DNA from: a virus
Taxonomy: Duplodnaviria; Caudoviricetes
Virus record (IMG/VR): IMGVR_UViG_3300043664_000006
Span: 1 to 51,038 of that record
Reading direction: 5' to 3' (one strand)
Length of the DNA: 51,038 nucleotides
The notes beneath the pieces were generated by a model. That model was given only the letters and a program-made list of their open reading frames with translations. It was not told the DNA's origin and did not search any database. Made by a program: the position numbers and the translations under genes. This document shows positions 7,666 to 15,574 of this stretch, in pieces; the first letter of the stretch is position 1, and each line of letters starts with the position of its first letter.

Positions 7666-7887
7666 ATGAGCGATGCGACGGACGAAGAGCGGGAACTGAG
7701 GATTGCCCTGATGCGAGCGGACATAGGCAACAAGGAAGCCGACACGGCCTACAAGCAGGGCCTGCTACGCTACGAACCCTGGAAAGTGATTGCCCTCGCC
7801 GCTGGAGCGGGTGCCGGCGCCATGGCAGCGGCCGTCGCGCTCATGACGGCGTTGGTGCGTTTGCTTGTTCCTGGCGCGGGGCAATGA
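7666..7887 (+). CDS. Small coiled-coil plus C-terminal TM protein
   Basis: Charged helix, then WKVIALAAGAGAGAMAAAVALMTALV. Confidence 0.7.
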   Translation: MSDATDEERELRIALMRADIGNKEADTAYKQGLLRYEPWKVIALAAGAGAGAMAAAVALMTALVRLLVPGAGQ

Positions 7888-8252
7888 CCCGCCTCGGATT
7901 GATCGCCGGATTGCTGGCTTATTGGATGGGCTCTGGTATGGCGGCGGAGGTCGCGGCGGACCTGCCGGGATACAGCAAGCCTGAAACGATCGCGATGTAT
8001 AGCCTCTGCCGCATGAAGGATGCGCAGTGCATGCCGTTGCTGCGATCCGCCTATGTGACCGCCGTCGCGGAGAATAAGCCGAATACCTTCTGGACGTTCT
8101 GCTTGCGTGGACACGTCGTCAGCGACGACCAACTATACTCGTGGTTCATGGACGCGTCGGTCTTTTACAAAGATAGCTTCACGCTACTTACCGCACCCCA
8201 GGCGGTCGCCGCGTCACTGGCTCGCGTCGCACGGTGTGCACCCACGCCATGA
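7884..8252 (+). CDS. Exported 4-Cys protein, Rap1a/Tai-like immunity candidate
   Basis: Signal peptide; C-x6-C ... FC...VS.DQL ... A..AV..SL....C pattern; ATGA-coupled on both sides. Confidence 0.55.
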   Translation: MTRLGLIAGLLAYWMGSGMAAEVAADLPGYSKPETIAMYSLCRMKDAQCMPLLRSAYVTAVAENKPNTFWTFCLRGHVVSDDQLYSWFMDASVFYKDSFTLLTAPQAVAASLARVARCAPTP

Positions 8253-8467
8253 GCGAGAGCCCGATCGACTACAGCGACCCTGTCACCATGCGCGCCACCC
8301 TCGCGAGGATCGACAGGGACCAGGCGGAGACACAGAAGCTCCTCGCCGAAGGCCGGAAGTTCAACCGGGACATATGGATCGTGCCGTTGACGGTGTTCGG
8401 CGCGATCATCGTCGGGGTGGTCGCTCGTCTGCCGGAGATCCTGCACGCGTTCGGCTTCGCGTCCTGA
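8249..8467 (+). CDS. Small coiled-coil plus C-terminal TM protein
   Basis: RIDRDQAETQKLLAEGRKFNRDIW followed by a hydrophobic helix. Confidence 0.7.
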   Translation: MSESPIDYSDPVTMRATLARIDRDQAETQKLLAEGRKFNRDIWIVPLTVFGAIIVGVVARLPEILHAFGFAS

Positions 8468-8507
8468 TCCGTGCTACAGTCCGGTCCGGACCACCGGAGC
8501 GGCTATC

Positions 8508-8696
8508 ATGGATGAGGAACGTGAGCTTGCGTTGAAACTGGCCTGTGGGGTCGCCGATCGATACGTGGACCCGGAAGAGACGGTGGCCCGCGCGCGTCTC
8601 TATCTCGACTTCCTGACCGGCGGAAGCGATGCGAAGGTTATCGACGCCGCGAAGCAGTTCGGTGACACGTTGCAACGAGTCAAGGCTGGTTCCTAG
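8508..8696 (+). CDS. Hypothetical protein
   Basis: GGAG RBS; TGcTACAGT extended -10 at 8472-8480. Confidence 0.6.
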   Translation: MDEERELALKLACGVADRYVDPEETVARARLYLDFLTGGSDAKVIDAAKQFGDTLQRVKAGS

Positions 8697-8865
8697 CGTC
8701 AGGGCGCCGCACCGCTATCAGGCATTCGGCGTAGGTGTCGAGAATCCATTTCCGGTCGGCCTTGTCTCCGTGCCCGGCAAGAGCCTTGCCCTCGCAAGAG
8801 GCGATTCGTTCCAACAGCATATACGCGACTTGCTCGGATGAGTGGCCGCCGGTTTGGTCCGCCAT
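8680..8865 (-). CDS. Small hypothetical protein
   Basis: GGGAG RBS; EQVAYMLLERIA..E and DRKWILDTYAECL motifs. Confidence 0.65.
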   Translation of the reverse strand: MADQTGGHSSEQVAYMLLERIASCEGKALAGHGDKADRKWILDTYAECLIAVRRPDARNQP

Positions 8866-8916
8866 GGTGTTTGCTCCCTGGTTAATCCCTGATCACGAAC
8901 GCGGCCTGAACCCGTG

Positions 8917-9345
8917 CTACGGTGACACCGGCGACCGCAGTGGAATGTTTGGATGCGTCGCATCCCAGTGGACGAGGCCCGCGCTAATGACGCTGATGAT
9001 CATGCCAATCGTCGCGATTATCATGGCGATCGTGGCTCTCTTGTTCGCGGTGCGCGCGAAGCGGTTGGCTTCCTCCGCGGCGGATGCCTGCCTTTCCGCG
9101 GCCACGGCGGCTCGTTCAGCGGCGGCGCTGGCCCGCTCCGCGGCTGAGGCGGCCCGCGAAGCGGCGTCGGCTTCCAGGGCCTGGGAAGCTTCACTACGGG
9201 ACCGCTCTCCTTCATCGCGCTGAGCAACCCAGGTAACGGCTTCCACCTTCGCCTCGGGCGTGAAAAGGCCGTTGGCGATAAACCCCCTGACCTGGTCGAC
9301 CCCCATGCTTTCGAACCGTTGCCGGTAGGAATCCCTGATGCTCAC
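8917..9345 (-). CDS. Ala-rich coiled-coil plus C-terminal TM protein downstream of cI
   Basis: AAER repeats, then TIAMIIATIGMIISVISAGLV; AGGA RBS. Confidence 0.7.
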   Translation of the reverse strand: MSIRDSYRQRFESMGVDQVRGFIANGLFTPEAKVEAVTWVAQRDEGERSRSEASQALEADAASRAASAAERASAAAERAAVAAERQASAAEEANRFARTANKRATIAMIIATIGMIISVISAGLVHWDATHPNIPLRSPVSP

Positions 9346-9387
9346 ACCGGTCCTTTCCTGATCACGCGCGCGGCCTGAACTCCACGA

Positions 9388-9825
9388 TCACCCCGCGGCA
9401 CTTACCGTTCGCTTTTTCTTTGTGTCGGCGCCCCCGCCTATCGACCGGGATGGGGGTGACCTTTCTTTCGGGAGGGGACGGGGCTTGGCCGGTGGCTCGG
9501 CTGGCGGACCGAGGGGGAGTAGACCCTGGGCGACTAAGGCCAGAGTCTCTCGCTTCCGCTCATCCAGGACCGCGTAGGAAGCGAGGATGGTGGCAAGGTT
9601 CGGATCGTCCGGTGGCGCTGGCGCCCCGGTTATCAATTCTTGCCACGACACACCGAGATGCGGCGCGAGGCGCCTGGCCCATTCGACGGTCAGCTTCCGG
9701 TGGCCTTTTCGGAGGTTGAAAATCTGCTGCTTGGTAATTTCCAACGGCCGCGCGAGGTCGGGGTCCGTCAGCCCCTTCGCACGCATGAACCGCGCCAGGT
9801 GGTTGGGATAAGGCCCTTCCGTCAT
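9388..9825 (-). CDS. cI: CI-like XRE HTH repressor without an S24 domain
   Basis: GLTDPDLARPLEITKQQIFNLRKGHRKLTVEW HTH; divergent from cro. Confidence 0.8.
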   Translation of the reverse strand: MTEGPYPNHLARFMRAKGLTDPDLARPLEITKQQIFNLRKGHRKLTVEWARRLAPHLGVSWQELITGAPAPPDDPNLATILASYAVLDERKRETLALVAQGLLPLGPPAEPPAKPRPLPKERSPPSRSIGGGADTKKKRTVSAAG

Positions 9826-9835
9826 GCCATGAGGT

Positions 9836-9903
9836 AGTAAACGATATGGTTACTGGCGTCGGCCACTGATCTGTTGACCGATAGTCCACATTATGTTTAC
9901 TAT
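9836..9903. promoter_or_regulatory. OR/PR region: two operators and a rightward promoter
   Basis: AGTAAAC-gatat-GGTTACT (9836-9854); AGTCCAC-attat-GTTTACT (9883-9901); TTGACC at 9874 and TACTAT at 9898. Confidence 0.75.
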
Positions 9904-9909
9904 GCCCTC

Positions 9910-10188
9910 ATGAAGCTGGACGCCTACCTTCGCGAGCACCGCCTGACCTCGGCGCAATTCGCAAAAAACGCCGGTTTGGTGGGGAAACAGGTCGTCCACA
10001 ACTATCGACACGGCTCCCGATTCCCGACCCCGGAAGCCCTGCGTCGTATCCGCGAAGCGACGAACGGCGAGGTGACCTCGGAAGATTTTGTCGACCAGCA
10101 TGCCGGCGAGTCACCGCCCCTGAAGCGCCCGAAGCGCACCCCCTCAAAAAACACCCCGCCACCCAGCGCACCCGAAAGGGTGGCCTGA
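9910..10188 (+). CDS. cro: Cro-like HTH regulator
   Basis: MKLDAYL..LTSAQFAK..YRHGSRFP.PE..RIREATNGEVT.EDF; probably leaderless. Confidence 0.8.
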   Translation: MKLDAYLREHRLTSAQFAKNAGLVGKQVVHNYRHGSRFPTPEALRRIREATNGEVTSEDFVDQHAGESPPLKRPKRTPSKNTPPPSAPERVA

Positions 10189-10264
10189 TGACGGGGCGCT
10201 TCCGTCTCTCTCTCAACATCCCCCGCGTTCCAGCGCGGGTCTCCATCGCGGGAGCATTTTAGCG

Positions 10265-10588
10265 ATGGAGCGTATTTTGGCCTGGCCCGAAGATTCCAAA
10301 CCGCCCGCCCGGCTCGCGGCCGAGTACGTCGACGACGCCGTCACCTCGATCCGCAACCGCGGCCACACCCGTCAGCACGCTCTGAAGCTCGCCGCTCGGG
10401 AGCTGGGCATCCGCTTTCGCCGGGCGCGCGCGCTGGTCTACGGCGATCCCGTCGCGGTGCTGGACGATGAACTGGCGGAGATCCGGGCTGCCTACCTCAG
10501 GCACCTGGACGCCGAGGCCGCGCATCTGTCCGCGCGATCGGCCGCGGCACGGGAACGTCTCCGTCGGATGCTGGAGGGCGAACCCTGA
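10265..10588 (+). CDS. Putative DNA-binding protein in the CII position
   Basis: GGGAG RBS; AARELGIRFRRARALVYG HTH-like segment. Confidence 0.6.
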   Translation: MERILAWPEDSKPPARLAAEYVDDAVTSIRNRGHTRQHALKLAARELGIRFRRARALVYGDPVAVLDDELAEIRAAYLRHLDAEAAHLSARSAAARERLRRMLEGEP

Positions 10589-10939
10589 TGTACTGGGCGC
10601 CGTTTTGCGCGTGGTGGTGGCGCCGCCGGCAGGCGCAGGCCGATCGCTGGGAGCGGCGCTTCCGAAGAGCGTGCGGAAAGCTGGGAGTACCGGCGGGTTC
10701 GGTAAAGCGATCACCGCCATGACGCACATGACGCGCCCGCGCGACGGCCCAATGCCGGTCACCGCTCACACGTCGAACAGTCTCGCTCCGGCGGGAAATG
10801 GGGAATCGCGTCGCCTGTCCGAGGCGACAACGGAGGCGCGTACGTTACGGGTCTGGACCCCGCGACATACGCTACCCGTCACATCATCAGGCATAGAAAA
10901 TCGCAAGTCCCGACCAAAAGACTTGCGACAGGAGGCACC

Positions 10940-11719
10940 TTGGAAATGCCCTCGGGGAATGGACCAGAACGGCACCCGTCGTCAAGTCTGAATATCAAGA
11001 CTGACGAAACGCCGGCCAAACCGCGAACCGAAGCGGAGTGGCGCAGGCTGCTCCAGCCGTTCGCTGATTCGTCATACGCGACATGGTCCGACGATGATCT
11101 GGTGACGCTCTGCCGGGAATGGTGTGCCGGCACCTCGACCGCTCGGATTGGCGCTCTCATTGGGAAGACTAAGAACGCCGCGGTCGGCAAATCGCATCGG
11201 TTGATCAAAGCCGGAATCCTTCAGCCCCGGCCATCGCCGATCCTCGCACGCTGGGCACATCTCGGACCCCGTCCCGTTCAACCCCTACACGCGCCGAAGG
11301 TCACACTCCCAGGGATCGCGAGTGTCCCCGCTCCGCCTCCTCCACCGGTGCGCGCGGTCCGGAAGGTCACGGTGACCCACGAATCGACTCGGGGACCGGC
11401 GGTCACGGCCGAGGTCTGGGTCACCGCCGAGTACGACGCCGGGCAGGTGATCGTCGGAGCGAGTCCCGTGCCGGCCGCGACTCGGACCCCACCCGCGACT
11501 CCGACTCAACCGCGCCCGATTCGCGCGCCCCAGCCCCGACCCTACGGCCGGATCACCGAGTGCTGCTGGCCGATCGGAGAACCCGGCACCCGCGCGTTCC
11601 ACTTCTGCGACGTCCCGTCCGACCCCGGCATTTCGTATTGCGGCGATCACGCCCGGGTCGCGTTCGTCAGAATCCGCCCGCCGGCCCGCGTGGATGATTA
11701 CGCGAGGCCCGACCCATGA
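10940..11719 (+). CDS. gcrA: GcrA-like cell-cycle regulator
   Basis: WSDD..TL..W..G.S..IG..IG.TKNAAVGK.HRL N-domain and CCWPIGEP...FHFC...SYC..HARVAF C-domain. Confidence 0.9.
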   Translation: MEMPSGNGPERHPSSSLNIKTDETPAKPRTEAEWRRLLQPFADSSYATWSDDDLVTLCREWCAGTSTARIGALIGKTKNAAVGKSHRLIKAGILQPRPSPILARWAHLGPRPVQPLHAPKVTLPGIASVPAPPPPPVRAVRKVTVTHESTRGPAVTAEVWVTAEYDAGQVIVGASPVPAATRTPPATPTQPRPIRAPQPRPYGRITECCWPIGEPGTRAFHFCDVPSDPGISYCGDHARVAFVRIRPPARVDDYARPDP

Positions 11720-11967
11720 CAGTGCGCATCTGTCACTCCTGCGCCGCCACCAGCGTCGAGACCAGGTTCCCGCGCAAGATCCGGGGCCAGCCCGCACCGA
11801 AGCTGTGCCTGGCCTGCGAGGCGACGGCCCTCGTTCAATCCGCTCCGATCGAGTGGCCAACCAACCCGCGCCCGGCACAGACCCGAGCGAGCTACCGGGC
11901 GGCGTACCGCGCCAGGCTCAAAAGCGCCCAGGGCGACCTCGTGGACCTTCTGGTCAAGCCGCCATGA
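11716..11967 (+). CDS. Zn-finger hypothetical protein
   Basis: CxxC...CxxC; ATGA coupling. Confidence 0.6.
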   Translation: MTVRICHSCAATSVETRFPRKIRGQPAPKLCLACEATALVQSAPIEWPTNPRPAQTRASYRAAYRARLKSAQGDLVDLLVKPP

Positions 11968-12047
11968 TGGTCACCCTGCTCTGGATCGGCATCCTCTGCA
12001 TCGTCGGCGCCGCGCTCAGCCGCGAATCCAAGCGGCGGCCGCCATGA
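11964..12047 (+). CDS. 27-aa hydrophobic peptide
   Basis: MMVTLLWIGILCIVGAALSRESKRRPP; ATGA-coupled on both sides. Confidence 0.45.
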   Translation: MMVTLLWIGILCIVGAALSRESKRRPP

Positions 12048-12262
12048 GCGACGCCATCCCCGATATCGCGGCCGAGAGCGCGGGCAACGTCGCCTACGGC
12101 GCGGCGATGCAGGCGGTTATCGCGGCGGCGAGGGCGTGGCGTGGGGCAGCGGGATGGATAACGCCATCAGGCTACGTGCCGCACCAGCACCGCCGCCTGG
12201 TTGATGCGATAGACGCTCTCGACGCGCTTGAGGCGCGGTTGCGGGAGCGCGGGACGCCATGA
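12044..12262 (+). CDS. Hypothetical protein
   Basis: ATGA coupling. Confidence 0.6.
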   Translation: MSDAIPDIAAESAGNVAYGAAMQAVIAAARAWRGAAGWITPSGYVPHQHRRLVDAIDALDALEARLRERGTP

Positions 12263-12612
12263 GCGACGCACCCGAGCAGGGCACCCACGCCCTCACCCCG
12301 GAACTCTCCCGCGCGATCGACGACGTCCTCGTGGCGGGACACTCGCAGAGGCATTGGCTCAAAGCCGGGCACCCGCCGTTCGAAAGTTCGCTCGCCGAAG
12401 GGATGGCGCATTACGGCTCCTTACCGGGTGCCGCGTTCGACCTTTGGACGATGTGCCGGGCGATCGAAAAACTCCGGCTGGCATGGACCGGTCAGGCCGG
12501 GCCCGCGGCGGTGCCGGGACCGATCGAGGTGCCGGACGAAGCGCCAGGGCTCACGACGGAACTCGCGAGGGGCGGGGACGCCGAGGCCGAGCAACCGCGG
12601 TTGCCGGAATAG
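12259..12612 (+). CDS. Hypothetical protein
   Basis: ATGA coupling. Confidence 0.6.
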   Translation: MSDAPEQGTHALTPELSRAIDDVLVAGHSQRHWLKAGHPPFESSLAEGMAHYGSLPGAAFDLWTMCRAIEKLRLAWTGQAGPAAVPGPIEVPDEAPGLTTELARGGDAEAEQPRLPE

Positions 12613-12956
12613 TGCCAGGGGAGGCGGACAATCCGGACGGCGAATTCTGCCCCTGGACTCCGACTCCGCGCCAAACCCCGACGCCGGCCGAGCGACAGGC
12701 ATTCAAGGCAAGCATCGAGTTCGCGATCCAGGCGAAGTACCCAATTCGCCGGAACAAGGAACTGACGCCCGAGCAGTTGAGCATTCTCCGGGCGACTCAA
12801 CTTGGCGATGGCGCACCCTTCGCGACCCGGCGCGCGGCGTCGGCGCCGAAACCTCCCATCCGCGATCGTCGACCGCTGACGCCCGAGGAGCTGCGGGCGG
12901 CGCGGCGTGAGCAGCTTGGCGACCGGATGTTCGACGACGACGGGCCGCTCCGTTGA
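12612..12956 (+). CDS. Hypothetical protein with an internal LTPExL..QLGD repeat
   Basis: TAGTG coupling; two copies of the motif. Confidence 0.55.
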   Translation: MPGEADNPDGEFCPWTPTPRQTPTPAERQAFKASIEFAIQAKYPIRRNKELTPEQLSILRATQLGDGAPFATRRAASAPKPPIRDRRPLTPEELRAARREQLGDRMFDDDGPLR

Positions 12957-13816
12957 GCGGTCCGCCCGACAATCGCGACTGGCTCTCGCTCCCGCGGGAA
13001 GAGCAGCGAAGGCTGGTCGCGGACGATCTCATGCGCTTCGTCTACCTCTCGCCCATACAATTCGACGCCGGCCGCGCGGCCCTCCGCGGCATCGTTGGCG
13101 GCACGGTTGACCAGGCGGTGGCCAGGATACACGCCGCGGTCGAGGCCGCCGCCGCCCCTGAGACGGTCGCCTCCCGCCAGGCCGCTGAGATCGCCGCGCG
13201 CCCTCGACCCGTGCCAGTCGTCTCATCAGCGCCCCTCGCGGATGCACTGCCCAACGTGGCGCGACGCGCCATCGGACTCGAAGTCAGGAACCCGCCGGTC
13301 CATCGCGCGCAGATCAAACCCATCCCCGGGGAGATCGACACCGAGGGTTGGCTCGCACGCGTACGCATCCTTCCGGTGTGGCAAAACCTGAGTGCCAAGT
13401 GTCGGATGTCGATCGCCCGCGCCATCGTCTGGGGCCTTGGCAAGGCCGCCAGACCCGAGGATGCGGTAAGGGGCGTCTCGCAGCTCAGTTACACGAGCAT
13501 CGCGACGGCGGCGCAGTGTTCGCGCGTCCAGGTCTGGCGCGCGATACGCCAGTTCGAGGCCTTCGGCATCCTCGACACGTTCAATGTGATCGTCCGGGTT
13601 GGCAATGACAAATTGCGCGACCCGAACGCGTATGTCCTGCGGGGATTCACCAAGGCGATCCCCGTGGTCGTTGAAGCGGTGCGGGACAAGATCACCGGAG
13701 CCTTCGACCGGATGAACGAGCAGCTTCGGCGCTTTGTCGACGTGTGGGACATGAAGGCCAACCATTGGGGCCTTCGCGCCACGCCAACGTCGCGGACATA
13801 CCCCCGGCCTACCTGA
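12953..13816 (+). CDS. HTH replication initiator (plasmid RepA-like)
   Basis: SYTSIATAAQCSRVQVWRAIRQFEAFGIL...R.PNAYVL winged-helix motif; replication position in the early right operon. Confidence 0.65.
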   Translation: MSGPPDNRDWLSLPREEQRRLVADDLMRFVYLSPIQFDAGRAALRGIVGGTVDQAVARIHAAVEAAAAPETVASRQAAEIAARPRPVPVVSSAPLADALPNVARRAIGLEVRNPPVHRAQIKPIPGEIDTEGWLARVRILPVWQNLSAKCRMSIARAIVWGLGKAARPEDAVRGVSQLSYTSIATAAQCSRVQVWRAIRQFEAFGILDTFNVIVRVGNDKLRDPNAYVLRGFTKAIPVVVEAVRDKITGAFDRMNEQLRRFVDVWDMKANHWGLRATPTSRTYPRPT

Positions 13817-13859
13817 GCAACGTCCTCGCGGACCGCGTGGCAACCGGGTGATCCCCGGC

Positions 13860-14290
13860 GGGAACGGCTGCGCTGGTCGCTGAATCCTCCGATTCCGCCT
13901 TCAAAATCCGCTGAAAAACAGTCTCCGCGGGCGAGTCCATGGCCGGTTTTTGAGTCAACCCGCGGAAAAGAGTCGCTGTTTCGTTGCGCTTTCGCCTCGG
14001 TATTCGTGCTGCGGTGCGAAGCTAAGTTTAATGGTGAAACGGGATCAGGCAGATCAGAAAGTAAGAAAGAATCGCGGAGCGCCCCTTGGGCGCATCTACC
14101 GGCTCTCGAATGGGGGCTGCGCCCCCCTTGGCGCCAAAGGCGCCCACCCCCTGCGCTCGCTTCGCTCGCCACGCGAAAGATTGCTCGACAGAAGGAGCGC
14201 GTTGAGAGGGCGGAGCGCCGATCCAACCGTCGGCGACCGGATGGACGTGACTCGCGTCCACCGTGCATAACCGGAGGATCGTGGGGAAAA
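13860..14290. other. Putative replication origin
   Basis: Gap after rep; GANTC cluster; GGGGGCTGCGCCCCCC hairpin and GCTCGCTTCGCTCGC motif; DnaA-box-like TTATGCACG on the minus strand at 14262-14270. Confidence 0.5.
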
Positions 14291-14293
14291 CTC

Positions 14294-14626
14294 ATGCCCT
14301 GGTTGGTTGAGCCGCCGATCACCGCGATTCAGGAAGCGGTCTGCACTGTGTTCAGGGTGACCGCGATCGACCTCGTCTCCGATCGAAGGGACCGAAGAGT
14401 GGTCAACGCCCGGCATGCCGCGATGTGGCTGGCCCGCCGAGCCTCACACACCTTGATCGCGATCGGCCGGGAATTCGGCGGCCGCCATCAAACGACCGCC
14501 GCCAACGCAGTCCGGAGGGTCGATCAGGTGATGATCGAGGATCCGGTCCTCGCATCGGTGATGACGGAGCTTGCCGCCGAGGTCGATCGCATGGCGCGCC
14601 AGGGACTTCGCACCCATGCCGCGTGA
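14294..14626 (+). CDS. Stand-alone DnaA C-terminal (domain IV) protein
   Basis: IQEAVC..F.V...DLVS.RR.R.V..ARH.AMWL, IGREFGGRHQTT..NAVRRV. Confidence 0.85.
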   Translation: MPWLVEPPITAIQEAVCTVFRVTAIDLVSDRRDRRVVNARHAAMWLARRASHTLIAIGREFGGRHQTTAANAVRRVDQVMIEDPVLASVMTELAAEVDRMARQGLRTHAA

Positions 14627-15212
14627 CCTTCCCTCCCGGTTGGCTGAACTCTCCCTGGTCGCGCCGTCGACGGACGTCACCCTCCTGCACGTGCTCGCGT
14701 GCCTCCTCGCTGGCGACGCTGACCCCGACGCCTTGCTGATCGTCGCCGACGCGCTGCGGACCCGTTCGACGGAGCTGGGCTTCGACAAGCGGCACCGGCT
14801 CGCGGCCGACGCTGTCGCCCTGGCTGGAATTCTCTCGGAGGAAGCCGTGACCGGGCCGCTTTCTGGTGAGCGCGCCCTTGATCCTGTCGCCCGTCGTGGT
14901 CGCTGGCCTGCACCGGCTGCGCGGGTTCGCGGCAAGACGCCCGATCGAAATGGCCCCCGTGGTCGAGCAGATCAAAACCCCCGAGGGGATGAAGGAACAC
15001 ATGCGCCGGATGCACGCGCAGACCATCCGCATCCCCGGCCCGTACCCGTTCGATGTGACGTTCAGCATCGAGAACCACCCAGGCGGGATGATGCGCCACA
15101 TGAGCATGTCCATCGTCCGCGAAGGCCGCGTTCCCAGCCCGGAGGCCGTCTGGATGGTGGCGGAGGAACTCGGCTTCTCCGGCGGCCTGGAATCCAGCCA
15201 GGTGTGGTTTGA
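14616..15212 (+). CDS. Hypothetical protein; 3' part overlaps the next gene
   Basis: First ~85 codons look protein-like; the rest overlaps 14866-15291. Confidence 0.4.
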   Translation: MPRDLPSRLAELSLVAPSTDVTLLHVLACLLAGDADPDALLIVADALRTRSTELGFDKRHRLAADAVALAGILSEEAVTGPLSGERALDPVARRGRWPAPAARVRGKTPDRNGPRGRADQNPRGDEGTHAPDARADHPHPRPVPVRCDVQHREPPRRDDAPHEHVHRPRRPRSQPGGRLDGGGGTRLLRRPGIQPGVV

Positions 15213-15291
15213 GGATCTGACCGACGGCAGCAAGGCGGTGAACGTAGTGCAGCCGATCAGCGTCCAGGCGCGGGGTGCCGCGGTGTCGTGA
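14866..15291 (+). CDS. Hypothetical protein
   Basis: VTFSIE..RHMSMS..P.PEAV..VAEELGF globular pattern. Confidence 0.7.
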   Translation: MSAPLILSPVVVAGLHRLRGFAARRPIEMAPVVEQIKTPEGMKEHMRRMHAQTIRIPGPYPFDVTFSIENHPGGMMRHMSMSIVREGRVPSPEAVWMVAEELGFSGGLESSQVWFEDLTDGSKAVNVVQPISVQARGAAVS

Positions 15292-15473
15292 GCGACCTCT
15301 CCCCTGGTGAACCGGTCCTGATCGTCACTGGCGACCGGGATCCCCCGCTGCCTGTTTTCCTGCTGTACGAGCGTCGGTGGCGCTGCGACTGTGGTGGAGA
15401 GGTCTGGCACGTCCAACTCCGGGACGGGATGCACGGGGACTTCTGCACCTCGGTCATCCAGAGGCCGAATTAG
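15288..15473 (+). CDS. Small Cys-containing hypothetical protein
   Basis: GTGA coupling. Confidence 0.5.
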   Translation: MSDLSPGEPVLIVTGDRDPPLPVFLLYERRWRCDCGGEVWHVQLRDGMHGDFCTSVIQRPN

Positions 15474-15574
15474 GCCCGCGAAGGGCCCGCGGGCGAATTC
15501 CATCGCGTTTACCCGTCGATCGGTCCATGTGAAGGCCAAGGCTGGGGGAGCCACACCATGGAGTTTCCCCCAGA

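Noticed and set aside
9080-9180. Tandem DNA repeat
   Set aside because: Explained by Ala-rich AAER coding repeats in the 8917-9345 protein.
14403-15554. 383-aa minus-strand ORF
   Set aside because: Antisense shadow of coupled plus-strand genes in GC-rich DNA; no recognisable motifs.
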